Positions 1 to 11,582 of a stretch of 42,287 bases of DNA are shown one piece after another. The notes under the pieces are model-generated. The model worked only from the letters and a program-made list of their open reading frames with translations, did no database searches and had not been told where the DNA came from. The DNA lies in assembly GCA_963695855.1 (NCBI GenBank), contig CAVOHZ010000005.1:1-42287 (forward strand), in the 5' to 3' direction. How positions within the stretch are numbered: position 1 is the stretch's first letter; every line of letters starts with the position of its first letter. The position numbers and the translations under genes were made by a program. Source of the DNA: an uncultured Nitrososphaerales archaeon (GTDB taxonomy: Archaea; Thermoproteota; Nitrososphaeria; Nitrososphaerales; Nitrososphaeraceae).

Positions 1-96
1 TAAGTCAAGTGCCTCGTCTGATGTCATATCTTTTTAACTACCAGGTCTAAATTCTTGAATAGGTAAAGCTTAAGGTATCCAGAATATCATAATTCT

Positions 97-363
97 ATGT
101 ACCGTGGTTCTTCTAAATTCAACATCACTACCGTACAGAAGAACAGTATAAGGAAACTGATGAAAAATACTGCAGACAAGAGACATTATCGTAGATTACT
201 GGCAGTAATCTAGAAGAGCTATGGTAGAACTTAGCAAGATATAACAAAGGAACATGATGTCAGCCTTACCTCGGTCCAGAGATTTGTATCAAAATATCTC
301 AATGCTGGAATTAGTGATTTGGAAATAAAGATAAAGAAACAAGTAGTACAAAATCCCGTATAA
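97..363 (+). pseudogene. IS630-like transposase N-terminal helix-turn-helix remnant
   Basis: Manual translation MYRGSSKF...RHYRRLLAVI*KSYGRT*QDITKEHDVSLTSVQRFVSKYLNAGISDL has two in-frame TAG stops. The pattern matches the IS630-type HTH; no DDE domain follows. Confidence 0.6.
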
Positions 364-735
364 CACATGGAAACAGTATACTATCCTTTACAGTAGGAAA
401 ATCTTTTTAACATACTAAGTACCCTAAATCAAAATAATTTCTCCCTTTTGTTGTTGTTTTTGTCTAACTGGATGTTCTTTTTTGTAAACGGTAAAGTCAT
501 GCCTTCTTTTTTTCTGTGATGATTAGATTTATAGAATATTTTTCCTTCTGTGTTGACCATCCATTGGGTCTACAGTATGTCTTCTTCTTCTTGCCTGAAT
601 AGTACTCTTTCTTCCTCTTCTTGTTCTTACGTATCGCTCTGTCTGATTGCGCTATGCACTTTTGATAATTTCCTTTGGAAGAAAATAAATTCTTTTCATG
701 AAATATCTAAAATGGATATAAGCGATTCACAAATC

Positions 736-1257
736 TTAAGATTCCCACAGATGTCCTATAAAATTTTGAATAAGAATTCTTTTTAAAGGCCTATCACTTT
801 GTAGAGATATGCATAAATCATATAACCCTGCTATAATTCGAAAAACATAATCGCTGGGAAAAAATTGTTTTAAAAAATTTTCTAAATTTTTCAATGTTTT
901 TTGTATTCTTAATTTATCATCAGGAGTTAATCGTTTTTTTTCTTCTTTTTCTGGTTCAATAAAGTAGGGAGGAGTGGGTTCATAGTTATAATAGTTAGAT
1001 TTAGGGAGACGATTATTAAAATTATCATAATGATAATATGTTTTATCATGATTCATTGCATATCTGTTGTTGTTGTTTTCGTTATTTTCATAATTACTAT
1101 CACGATTTAATGGTAAATCGGAATGCTGAAATACTGAATTTCTTCTTTGTTGTCTTCTATCCTCACCTACTACTGTATGAACAGTATTTAAATGACGCTG
1201 GAGATTCCACCTTCTACTGAAGAATCTATCACATTTATGACATTTCCATGTTTCCAT
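736..1257 (-). CDS. C2H2 zinc-finger protein with Asn-rich linker
   Basis: N-terminal CHKCDRFFSRRWNLQRHLNTVH fits C-x2-C-x12-H-x4-H. Confidence 0.8.
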   Translation of the reverse strand: METWKCHKCDRFFSRRWNLQRHLNTVHTVVGEDRRQQRRNSVFQHSDLPLNRDSNYENNENNNNRYAMNHDKTYYHYDNFNNRLPKSNYYNYEPTPPYFIEPEKEEKKRLTPDDKLRIQKTLKNLENFLKQFFPSDYVFRIIAGLYDLCISLQSDRPLKRILIQNFIGHLWES

Positions 1258-1789
1258 GATAAAATTTTAGATTTTGAATCTAATAAAAGGAACAACTAAT
1301 TTATTTAGAATTCCCCCATTTCTACTCCGAGTGACTCCTCGGAGACTTGGTGACTTCGAATGTAGAATGCAGGATAAAATTTTAGAAAGGTAAACTGATG
1401 AATTTATGCAAGTTAATAGAAATTTTTATTCTCGGTACAGTCATTGAGAGGCAACAATATTACCAGATACTCATCAATCATCTTTGTTAAATTATCTTTT
1501 TTGCATTAAAGTGGATAACCTTTTAATTCTTCAATAACGACTGTATGCAATAAAATTTGACTATGACTTTAGTGAGCTGATGGTATACACAGGTCAAATG
1601 GCCAGGTGAGAGGACTCATCAATGCCCTAGCATACTGATGTAGTATTTTGAGAAGGGGTATAGTATTGAGAAAAGGACAGTATCATCCAAACACTCTAAA
1701 TGGAAGAAGGGAGCCAGCGTACAAGCTTGGCCATGCGGTACAGCAGGTAGAAATGGATGACATAACATGCGAGGAGAGAGTTACATGTA

Positions 1790-1970
1790 AAAAATGATCA
1801 CAGTCCAATTCATACACCTACATCTGGTAAGGATGTAAAGCCTGCTGGCACATTTGAAACTAGTCTTGTTTCAGGACAATCCAGTACCTATACCTATGCC
1901 CACACTGCAGGAATATTGATACTTCTGTGCTTTGCATCCATGCATACAGGGGAAGTTAAGAGTTGTGTAA
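1790..1970 (+). pseudogene. Plastocyanin/cupredoxin (blue copper) domain remnant
   Basis: Manual translation gives KNDHSPIHTPTSG...GTFETSLVSGQS, then after a frameshift EY*YFCALHPCIQGKLRVV*, a decayed HTxTSG / YFCxLHPxMxG copper-site motif. Confidence 0.65.
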
Positions 1971-2139
1971 TCATATTCATTATTCCTATCTGTAAGATAT
2001 CACTTATCCTTCTACCATGTTTCTCATTGTATTATACACTCAGCTAAAGCTCAATCTAACAGAAATAATTATCAAAGAGGCAAATGGTAGTTTACTATAA
2101 TTGTCAATCTCTGCATTTACATGACTGTTAACACTTAAA

Positions 2140-2467
2140 ATATTTTCCTTGGGTAAAAGCAATGCAACAAGAAAAAGTATCCAGCCAACTAGCGTCCCGA
2201 CATTACTTAAAATAAGTATTTTTTTCTTCCATATGTGTCAGACCATCTTCCTAGTATCGGAGCCCCAATAAGTTGAAAAGTAGGATATGTTGCAGACAAA
2301 ATACCGAAAACTATTGCATTACCACCAAAATCCTTGACTAGAAACACTAGAAAGGGCAAAACAATACTAAAACCTAGAGTTCCGATAAAATTAATTAATA
2401 GTATAGGAAAAAATTGAATCTGGTTTTGTGCGTTCGGTACATCTGCCTGATTCTTACGAAATCTCAT
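2140..2467 (-). pseudogene. MFS transporter (TetA/DHA1-like) N-terminal fragment
   Basis: TM1-2 plus motif A (GRWSDTYGRK). A frameshift in an A-run near 2220 is followed by ILSNVGTLVGWILFLVALLL in another frame, then truncation. Confidence 0.8.
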
Positions 2468-2526
2468 AGTAGGGTCGCTCTATATGCAGTCCATAGGTTA
2501 TAGTTTGTGACTAGCAATATGCCTTC

Positions 2527-4211
2527 CTATTCCTGGAGTACTTTATGAACAAATGAGACCCCAATTGATCCTTCGCCCACAGCTGATGCAACACGTTTGA
2601 TACTGCCACTCCGTACGTCGCCTACTGCGAAAACACCCGGCAAACTGGTTTCAAGCAAGTATGGTTGACGCATAAGAGGCCAGCTTGCAGCACTGAGATT
2701 TTCTGGCGACAGATCAGAGCCGGTCTTTATGAAGCCTTTGGAGTCAATTGCCATACAGCCATTGAGCCAACTAGTGTTCGGATCGGCACCCATCATGATA
2801 AATACATAGCTTAGTTCATGTTTCTCAGTCTGTCCTGTTTCATTGTTTCGCCAGTAAACCGAATCGAGATGATCGCCTCCTTGTAGGGCAACAATTTCTG
2901 TTTTTAGTCGTAATACAATTGTGGGGCTATTCTCTATCCTACGAATCAAATAGCGTGACATATTCTTAGCCAAGCTTGTAGATCTTACTAGCATGTGTAC
3001 ACGCTTTGTCGTCTGTGCCAAAAACACGGCAGCCTGACCTGCTGAGTTTCCTCCCCCAACTACAATTACTTCATCTCCTCCACACAATTGTGCTTCCACA
3101 TAGGTCGCACCGTAATAAACTCCTGCACCTTCAAATCGGGACAGGTTTTCCAATGATATCTTTCGATATTGAGCACCAGTGGCAATCACAACAGTACGTG
3201 CAAAAATTTGAGCTCCATTCTCAAGTTCAACAACGTACGGTTTACGATCGCAGATAAGTCGTGTGGCCCTAGCAAAGAGCATATCTGCACCGAACTTTTG
3301 AGCTTGAAGATATGCTCTCAGCTGCCAGATCCTGGCCGGATATCCCGGTGGGAAATCCCAAGTAATTTTCGATTTTTGAGCTTGAACCAGCCTGGCCACC
3401 AGGAGAACTTGTCTCTAGCACCAGAACATCTAGTCCTTCTGAAGCACCATACACCGCTGCAGCCAACCCCGAGGGACCAGCTCCTATAACTACTAGGTCT
3501 CGTACATGGATTTGGTCTACAGATTCATTGAAGCCAAGGCAGTCTGCGATTTGTTGGTTACTGGGATTCCGGAGAGCCAATTGGCCTCGATAGATCAATA
3601 CTGGTATTTCGCTGGCAGAAATTTTGAAACTATCCACCAGATTCTGTACGTCAGGATCGCGTTCTAGATCTATGTAGGAATATGGGTGTCCATTGCGCAT
3701 CAGAAACTCTTTGATCCGAAGCGTATCGGCTGAGTATGATGACCCTACGAGAACAATGTCTCCAACACCAGCAGCTATTCAGCTCTACTCTGCGTAGTAT
3801 GAACGCCCGCATCAATATATCGCTGAGTTCAGCATCAGTCTGTACCAAAGCCAGCATTTGTTGGTGATCTAGTTCTATTACATTACCTGGCTTAGTAGCA
3901 CGTGCCCGGACTAAAGACCGGCGGCCGGATAGCATGTTAACCTCTCCGGTGAATTCACCAGAACCATGGACAGTCACAAGGGTCTCATGGGCACCAAAGG
4001 GGCGTACAATCTCGACTTCGCCTGTAATTACCACAAAGAACGGTACAGATGTATCTCCCTGCTCTATTAGCACTTCACCAGACTGCACTGAACGCACATG
4101 TCCATGGGCTTCAATACGATCAATCTGCGCTGACGTTAATTTCGGAAATATTTGTCCAATACGGGAGCTGGTTAGAGGAAGTCCTCTGCGTGCATCACTC
4201 ATACTTATCAC
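2527..4211 (-). pseudogene. cNMP-binding domain plus thioredoxin-reductase-like FAD oxidoreductase, split by two frameshifts
   Basis: Three overlapping ORFs give consecutive parts: cNMP domain (EQGD...GEFTGE), FAD motif GAGPSG/IENYLGFP, and ATG/GGGNSA/GVFAVGD. YYGAT replaces the CxxC, as is typical of this fusion family. Confidence 0.85.
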
Positions 4212-4694
4212 TTCTGGTGCAGTTGCTACTCATAAACATCGCTCAGCGCTCTATCATAGAAAATAAGAAGACTAAGTCAAGGTCTCCTTTCACTATATTA
4301 GCTCCTTTATTTCTGAGGTCTTGAGCCGCAGATGATTGAGTATTTCTAGTGAGTGCATATACTTTATGTTTTTTTCTGAAGCAATAATCTAGCTAGTGAA
4401 TCACCCTGCTGCCAAGTTGCACCTGTTACCAAAATCTTTCTTTGATTTGCAACCATTATGAAAGCAATGATAATTCATCCAAGTATTATTTAACTATGGT
4501 AATAAGTTGAGTAACCAACTTTACAATTAAAAATCTAGTTAATTTGAGATAAACACGATACATAAATAGTAAAATTGGTATATTTTGCATATATGTCAAA
4601 GTCATTACTGATGTATAATCAGGCAGAAAGAAAGATCAATAAGATTTCCTTTTTATGTATTATAAAATTTGTATAAACCCATGAATGTAGTTGC

Positions 4695-4720
4695 AGGGTT
4701 CAAGTCTCAACCTCGGTGTT
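4695..4720 (+). other. Degenerate tRNA 3'-end-like fragment (possible att scar)
   Basis: gggttcaagtctcaacctcggtg resembles a T-loop plus 3' acceptor strand; there is no 5' tRNA half. Confidence 0.35.
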
Positions 4721-4845
4721 AATCATTCGTGGTTTAATTTATATTCTTAATACTAGGAAAGTAAAAATTATAACTAAAAACAGATTCCAATTACATGTAA
4801 TACTCCAAACCCTTTAAGCTTAATTTTATGGATAGAAAAATGAAG

Positions 4846-4885
4846 TGAACCCATTTAGTCAATGGGACCAAGCAGATATGAACCC
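4846..4885 (-). repeat. Dispersed att-like site B (33-bp-unit family)
   Basis: 4847-4879 gaacccatttagtcaatgggaccaagcagatat is the reverse complement of 7150-7182 with one mismatch; tgaaccc recurs 33 bp later. Confidence 0.85.
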
Positions 4886-5162
4886 ACATTATAACACGAT
4901 TAAATTTATAGCTCTTTATCTTTATATTGTATTAGTCTAAGTATTTTGTATTGCATACCATAAGATTTGATTGCTCTTTCTATGAAGATAGTGGAATTCC
5001 ACAATATTTAAGGACACTTAATAAATGATCTGCTAATCTAATGTATTTGGATTGCTGTTGTTTATTCAATAATTATTAATTGTAGGATTTTGTTAGCTAT
5101 AATCGCTTTTAGAATGAATGATTTTATAAATGCTTAAATAGAAAATTCATATTATAAAGTTA

Positions 5163-6257
5163 ATGAAAATCAGACTTGCTCTGTATTTTTCAGCAATTAT
5201 AATTATACTAACAACATTTGCCGTTAGTGGCTCACTTTTTTTAAATAGTAATACTCTATTAGTATATGGCATGGAATCTTCCAACTATTCTACTGTAGAA
5301 AAGAATACTAAAATATTTTTAGAGAATCTCCAACAAAGCGGTGGTCCTCCAATCTATACTTTGACACCCACAGAGGCTCGCAAGGTACTATCTGGACTTC
5401 AAGCATCTTCACTAGAAAAAGTTCCTCCTGCTGAAAATCCTCCTGCTGTAATTGAGAACAAAACTATTCCTGGAGGTCCTAATGGTGAAATATCTATTCA
5501 GATAGTCAAACCACAAGGTAGTGACAACAAAACCCTACCAGTTGTCATGTATTTCCATGGTGGTGGATGGGTTCTTGGAGATTTTGATACTCACGAGAGG
5601 TTGTTGAGAGAACTTGCTAACGGCGCCGATGCTGCTATTGTATTTGTCAGTTATACTCCTTCTCCTGAAGCAAAATATCCAATACCTGTAGAAGAAGCAT
5701 ATGCTGCTACAAAATGGGTTGCAGAGAATAGTCAAACCCTAAATTTAGATTCTTCCCGTTTAGTAGTAGCTGGTGACAGTGTAGGGGGTAACATGGCTAC
5801 TGTAGTTGCATTACTTGCCCAAGAACGTGGTGGTCCTCATATCGCCTTCCAGCTACTCTTTTATCCAGTTACAGATGCAAATTTTGACACTCCATCATAT
5901 TTGAAATATCAGGAAGGTTACTGGCTTACACGTGAGGCAATGAAATGGTTTTGGGATAATTATCTTTCAAATGATACTAATAGAAAAGAACCGACTGTAT
6001 CTCCACTGCAAGCATCAATTGACCAACTCAGTAAGTTACCGCCTGCACTCATCATAGTAGGAGAGAATGATGTACTACGTGACGAAGGTGAGGTCTATGC
6101 TCATAAACTGATGCAGGCTGGCGTTCCTACTACTGCAACTCGCTACCTAGGTACTATACATGATTTTGTGATGTTAAACCCTATTACTGATACTCCTGCA
6201 GCACGAGGTGCAATAGATCAGGCTTCTCATACACTTAAAGAAGTATTAACAAAATAG
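5163..6257 (+). CDS. HSL-family esterase/lipase (alpha/beta hydrolase_3) with N-terminal signal or anchor
   Basis: HGGGW oxyanion motif, GDSVGG nucleophile, ENDVLRDEG Asp, IHDF His, and a hydrophobic N-terminus. Confidence 0.93.
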   Translation: MKIRLALYFSAIIIILTTFAVSGSLFLNSNTLLVYGMESSNYSTVEKNTKIFLENLQQSGGPPIYTLTPTEARKVLSGLQASSLEKVPPAENPPAVIENKTIPGGPNGEISIQIVKPQGSDNKTLPVVMYFHGGGWVLGDFDTHERLLRELANGADAAIVFVSYTPSPEAKYPIPVEEAYAATKWVAENSQTLNLDSSRLVVAGDSVGGNMATVVALLAQERGGPHIAFQLLFYPVTDANFDTPSYLKYQEGYWLTREAMKWFWDNYLSNDTNRKEPTVSPLQASIDQLSKLPPALIIVGENDVLRDEGEVYAHKLMQAGVPTTATRYLGTIHDFVMLNPITDTPAARGAIDQASHTLKEVLTK

Positions 6258-7142
6258 AACATAGTCTATATCTATTTTAATTATTCAAATATTTTTTGGA
6301 AATGAAATTATATAGACAATACTTGTGAATGTAAAAATTATCAATACAAAAAATCAAATTACAGTAGATCTGTCTCAATTCCTTTTTCGTGTTCTCTACT
6401 TTTGTGATCTTTCCACTGTAATAGCTTCATATCATAATAAAAGAGAAAAAATGATAAGACACAAACAGATAACAAACCTACAGTACAACTAGTCAAAGCA
6501 AATGTAACAAATGAAGCGGTAGAAAACTTAGTTGAAGCATATTAGACAAATATCGATATATAGAAATATTGGTTAATGTGGTTGGATCTTTTATCGGAAG
6601 AGAGACAGTAGTTGAGCTTGAGGAAAAAATAAGACATGATGATGACACTCAATCTAAAATCGGCATTCTTAATAAGTGAACATATTACTAGACAATTATC
6701 TCTTCAAAATATGGAAAAATAATATATGTCTTTTCTATATAGAATCGGTTTACATTCTGAAGGTTTTGATTCTGCTTAGGCAGGATCCAAATCTGGACTA
6801 ATAAGACTTGTAAAATCCCTTGCTATTATAGAAAGTGGAAACAATAACATAAATCTTTTATAGAAAAATAGATATATAATCATATAAAATGATAAATACA
6901 AAAAATTGTCTATAGTTAAAATTGACAAGATAAAATCAAATATAATTTATTATTCTTTGTCAATATTTTCAATTGTTTTTGTTAGTTATTTATTGGTAGT
7001 GCACTCAATTAAGATTTTTTAAAATAAATTTTCTAATACTTTTCCGAAATTTGACAAGATAATTACCTTTTTCTTTTATAAAATAAATAATTCATTACTT
7101 TTATTTTTAACAATTAGAATCAAAATTTCTAGAATATATATA

Positions 7143-7182
7143 GGGGATGATATCTGCTTGGTCCCATTGATTAAATGGGTTC
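7143..7182 (+). repeat. Dispersed att-like site C (inverted partner of site B)
   Basis: atatctgcttggtcccattgattaaatgggttc; 32/33 inverted identity to 4847-4879. Confidence 0.85.
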
Positions 7183-7426
7183 CATAACTAAAATTTAGTC
7201 TTTTTTATCAATATCTAAATTGCCAAATACTATTACAACTTTTAGATTGTTATTTTGATGATGTTCTCAAGAACCATTATTTCTCATGTATTCAAGAAAT
7301 TCGTTTATTATATCAATATTTTTAGAATTAGGAATATGTTGAATTCTTCGTATTGTTGTTGATAGTTTCATTGGCATTTATAGTCTAACCTCCTCTTATT
7401 TTCAAAATATAATACCAAATCCAAGT

Positions 7427-7491
7427 ATATGAACCCGGTTATATAATGGGACCAGTGGGATCTGAACCCTTGGATAAAGTGGGACCAGTTA
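7427..7491 (-). repeat. Dispersed att-like site D (tandem 33-bp units)
   Basis: tgaaccc-N10-tgggacca at 7430 and 7463. The minus strand reads gggttcagatcccactggtccca, nearly identical to the site upstream of the integrase. Confidence 0.85.
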
Positions 7492-7954
7492 TTATGATAG
7501 ATAAAATTTAATTTAAAATTATTAACCAACCAATTCTTGAAGCGAATACACCTATGGTGAATATAATCCAAAGGGATTGATTTTATCATTAAAATGGTAA
7601 TATATTAGTTTATAATAAATTAATTGATAATTCAATATTCAAATGACAAATATGTAAGATACACATTGATAATTTATAGTTGAAAGTTTTTTAACTATTG
7701 TTCTGTTCGCGCTTTGGGATTTAGATCTAGTGTAATTGTGTAACAGATCTATAATATTTATCAAGTTTTAAAAAATATGTTTGAATAATTCTTAAAATTC
7801 AATTAATATCCAAATTTGCTATACGTTATAGAATTTTGTGTTTCTATTAATTGTTGGTTGCAATAGTTTTTCTGTTGTTCTAATATCATGATCTGGCTTT
7901 TAAGCTGTTTGAAAACCTTTTTTAGGATTATCTAAAATAACATCATATAGTGAA

Positions 7955-8731
7955 TTGGACGAAGTTAGTGAAGAAGTGATTGAAGATATAGTAAAAATTC
8001 CAATTTCTGTACATGATACATATGAAAATAAAGATAAAATGTTGAAAGGAGTTTTCTCGATTCCTCCTAATTCCAATTTCCTGGTTATCTTTGTTCATGG
8101 TAGCGGAAGTGGAAAGAATAGTGAGAGAAACAAGTATCTTGCCCAATTTTTTAACAAGGATGGTCTTGCAACATTACTTGTAGACCTACTTACAGAGGAT
8201 GAAGTGAATTCAGACATAAGAACAGAAAAAATTAGATGCAAAATTCCTGGACTTGTATTAAATAAGTTCAATATTGGGCTCCTGACAAAAAGAATCATAT
8301 CAATAACCGACTGGATGATAAGAAATACTAGATTACAAGAAAAGAGATTTTTGATTGGATACTTTGGATCAAGCACAGGTTCTACAGCAATGATAGAAGC
8401 AATAGGTCATTTAGATTCAATTGTAGAAGGTGAAGATCTCATTAGTGTTTTAGTTTCAAGGGGAGGAAGAGTAGATTTGACTAAAGAGGATTCGTTGTCC
8501 AAAATTAAGATTCCCACTCTTTTTGTCATTGGACAAAGAGATCATAAATCAATTATTGAAAGTAACAAAAAAGTATTAGAAAAAATAAATTCTGAAAAAA
8601 AGAAATTGGTTTTATTGGAAGGTGCGTCCCATCTATTCGAGGAACCAGGTAAAATAGAAGAGGTGGCAAAAATAGCATCCGGATGGTTTAGATGTTATTT
8701 TCAGATAAAAGCAAAATCGATTCAAGTTTAA
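7955..8731 (+). CDS. Dienelactone-hydrolase-family alpha/beta hydrolase (phosphoribosyltransferase-associated type)
   Basis: HGSGSG..RN, GYFGSSTG, VSRGGR and GASHLFEEPG motifs; the TTG start is uncertain. Confidence 0.85.
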   Translation: MDEVSEEVIEDIVKIPISVHDTYENKDKMLKGVFSIPPNSNFLVIFVHGSGSGKNSERNKYLAQFFNKDGLATLLVDLLTEDEVNSDIRTEKIRCKIPGLVLNKFNIGLLTKRIISITDWMIRNTRLQEKRFLIGYFGSSTGSTAMIEAIGHLDSIVEGEDLISVLVSRGGRVDLTKEDSLSKIKIPTLFVIGQRDHKSIIESNKKVLEKINSEKKKLVLLEGASHLFEEPGKIEEVAKIASGWFRCYFQIKAKSIQV

Positions 8732-8975
8732 TAGTGGGTTATCAATGAATGAATTATTTGAGACAAGTGTCAAAGCTCGTTGGAAGATGAACTGAGCAGA
8801 CTGCATGATGCCAATTACCATCATTATCATTATATGACTTAAGTGCGATAGGACTTTCTATAATCTTAATCTCCTGATAGGTGCACTATATTATGATTGC
8901 TTATGCATTGCTAGTATATTTTCTCAGAAAGACTGAATAATTTTTATCAAACAAGATTTGTTTACTATTGTGGTA

Positions 8976-9338
8976 ATGCAAAATACACAAGTTAACGAAT
9001 TCGAATGGTATTTACGCGATCATTTTTTCCGGCAGTTTAATCAAGGCAGACAACAATTCAAAAAAGAGTTACTTGCAGGTGAGATGATTAGTTTGTAATT
9101 GAGATATAGAAATTCTAATTTGCAGGATATCGATGAAATGATAACTGCTGTGGTTGAAAACTTGGTTTCCCATCAAGTAATAAAAAAGACTGAGAATAAT
9201 TCATTGGAACTGGAAGGCAGATTTTCTCGTTTACAGTGCTCTAAATGTTTTTACATTTCCTATCTGAATAGTAATGAACCTAGGAATTGCCTGAGATGTT
9301 CATCAAGTGAATTGCATGATTTTCCTAACAAAAAGTAA
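8976..9338 (+). pseudogene. Hypothetical zinc-ribbon protein with premature stop
   Basis: Frame opens at ATG 8976 (MQNTQVNEFEWYLRDHFF), has TAA at 9096-9098 and continues in frame to CSKC...CLRC. Confidence 0.7.
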
Positions 9339-10042
9339 GTAGGTGTTAATCCTCTTTATTGTCATTGAGCCATTCGTAGGTAAAACTACTTTCTTTTTAT
9401 TACCTACCTGACAGCATCGTATGTGTTTATGACAATGATATGAACAATATGAACGCAATAAAAATTAGTAGATAGAGGTAATTAGAAAATATGAAGAAAG
9501 GAATTAGAAACTTAATTTTTATTTTCTTATAAATTTGAATGACTAACATAACAATTTCCAGTATAAGACTAATTTTAGATTCTACCGTGTGACAGTATCT
9601 AGGTGTCACACGATGAAAGTAAATTTACCCTAGAGAGAGAGAAAAAATTATTATTATTAAATAAAATTCATAATGCTTAGCCTAATAAAATTTGCTGATG
9701 ATAGTATTAAAATTAATAGAAAGAAAATGAAAAATTTGAATATACAAAATAACAGAAAATATTCTTCTCTCTGTAGTTCCAAAATATTTTCTACGTATGA
9801 CATTGTCACACTAAAAATGTCACACGCTGAAAGCAAATTTACTCCAGAGGCAGAGATAAAAAAATTAAATATATATCAATCTAATTTTTTAATTTTATAT
9901 TATTGTAGTTGAGCTCAATTATATTCTCAATTGATTGATTTAAACTTTCAAGAGAATATAATGAAAAAATGAAGATGAATATATAATATAAAAAGAATGA
10001 ATCAATTTACTTAAAATTAAGAAATAGATATTATAGTATATA

Positions 10043-10336
10043 GTGTCATTAGAAAGCTCTACTAAGAATAATATAGTAATACCAATCCAGGATCTAATAG
10101 AAATATTTGCCCATCTTGGAACCCATACTGATCTTGAGACCATTAATCAGATTTTATCAAGAAAGGATGAATCATTACCTTATATCATTAAAATAGCTCA
10201 AGAAGAGGAATATTGGTTTCCAGAAGATGGTGAATATGCATCATGGACTCCAGTTTGTGCCCTACATTTGTTATCTGTTATTGGTGGCACAGAAGCAATC
10301 AATGCTTTTCTAAATTCTATCGAAGAATTCTCTTGA
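10043..10336 (+). pseudogene. Truncated helical protein (DUF1186/HEAT-like N-terminus)
   Basis: WTPVCALHLLSVIG motif; short ORF ending about 85 bp before a tRNA-like fragment. Confidence 0.4.
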
Positions 10337-10400
10337 TATTTTCAAAGATACTCCTGACATGAGGAAAGGATTTAATAGCAATAATTCTTTTTTATACAAG

Positions 10401-10440
10401 AACCCCCAAGTATACCTTATGGGTTCGAATCCCTTCCCAT
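10401..10440 (+). other. tRNA T-loop-like fragment with imperfect palindrome (possible att scar)
   Basis: aacccccaagtataccttat-gggttcgaatccc; no full cloverleaf. Confidence 0.45.
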
Positions 10441-10724
10441 GTTTATCAATTGATTGATAGTTTTGTAAAATAATCATCGTGATTGATTGATTAATTGAAA
10501 AGTTTATAATGATAAGTTAAAGACACACAATATTATCACAATTATAGAAATTTGGGTTTATCATTTTTTATAATAGAATACTAGATAAAAATTAGCAACT
10601 AGGCAGATATCATATTTTTTTCCATAGTACGAAATAATCCAGAAAGACGGATAGGAACTGTGGGATCTTTGCAAGATTTGAATGTTGCAATATCACGGGC
10701 CAAGGAAAAACTATTTGTTGTTGG

Positions 10725-10946
10725 AGGAATGCTAAAAACTGTATGTAATTATCAGAATACTGGAATGGTGCTCCCACTTTGTCTTTATTCATATTCTTGA
10801 TTTCTTCATAGGATGATCTGATGAAATCTAAATCTATTAGAACACGTCCACGTTCTATCAAAGATTCATTATAATCATGCCATGATTTGTTTGCTGGCAT
10901 GTGTTAGAATAATTGGAAGAAAATGATAAAAATTATGCTACAAACT
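10725..10946 (-). mobile_element. IS5-family transposase N-terminal fragment with one terminal repeat
   Basis: MPANKSWHDYNESLIERGRVLIDLDF...GAPFQYSD is an IS5-family N-terminus. The end motif aattatgctacaaact (10931-10946) matches 37994-38009 at 14/16. Confidence 0.8.
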
Positions 10947-10996
10947 AAAAAAAAAAACAAATCTTATATAATATATTACTTATATATAGTAACACA

Positions 10997-11413
10997 ATGG
11001 TAGAGAAGAGTATCTCTAACAAGGAAATTATTGCTACCATAATACTGTTTGGTTCAACATGATTTATTTTTCAAACCTTGATTTCACAGTCTCAAGATAA
11101 CAATATCAACAATATCAATAATAATGCTTATGCACAATCTGATTTAATTGGTACTACATCTGGTAATAATGCTCCAAATACAGATATTTTAAATCTTGCT
11201 ACAGGTTATACGATTGAACCAGTAGTTTGGAATCTGACTGCGTCTGACACTGTTATATTTGATGATGAGGGTAATATGTACATAGGAGAGGCAGGCTATC
11301 CATTTACTAAAATTCCCCAAGTTCCACGAATTTTAAAAATGGAACCTAATGGAAATCTCTCTGTATTTGTTGATACTAAACTAAATTCTCCAATAGGCAC
11401 TGGAACCATTTAA
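10997..11413 (+). pseudogene. Secreted glucose/sorbosone-dehydrogenase-like beta-propeller, N-terminal fragment
   Basis: Signal-like start at ATG 10997, in-frame TGA at 11060, then GYTIEPVVWNLT...FDDEGNMYIGEAG; truncated. Confidence 0.65.
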
Positions 11414-11582
11414 AGATGAAAAAAGAAGTTACGTATCTATCTGGAATTGGATTCAAAGATTTGGTTCTTTCCTCTTCTTTGCTTTGTGGCACTTTACCCA
11501 CTTGTCACACTTCTAGGGAATGTATATTATTATTTGAATCAATATTGATATCGCTATTCGTTATTAAATTGTGTTAGTCGTG

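Noticed and set aside
3006-4324. Plus-strand ORFs overlapping the oxidoreductase (also shadow ORFs at 5535, 8095, 11868, 12049, 20035, 23784, 28328, 28754, 31593, 38859)
   Set aside because: Antisense shadows of well-supported genes, with no recognisable motifs.
9427-10143. Short AT-rich ORFs (also 550, 7368, 36544, 40712)
   Set aside because: Ile/Phe/Leu-biased translations typical of non-coding AT-rich DNA; no motifs.
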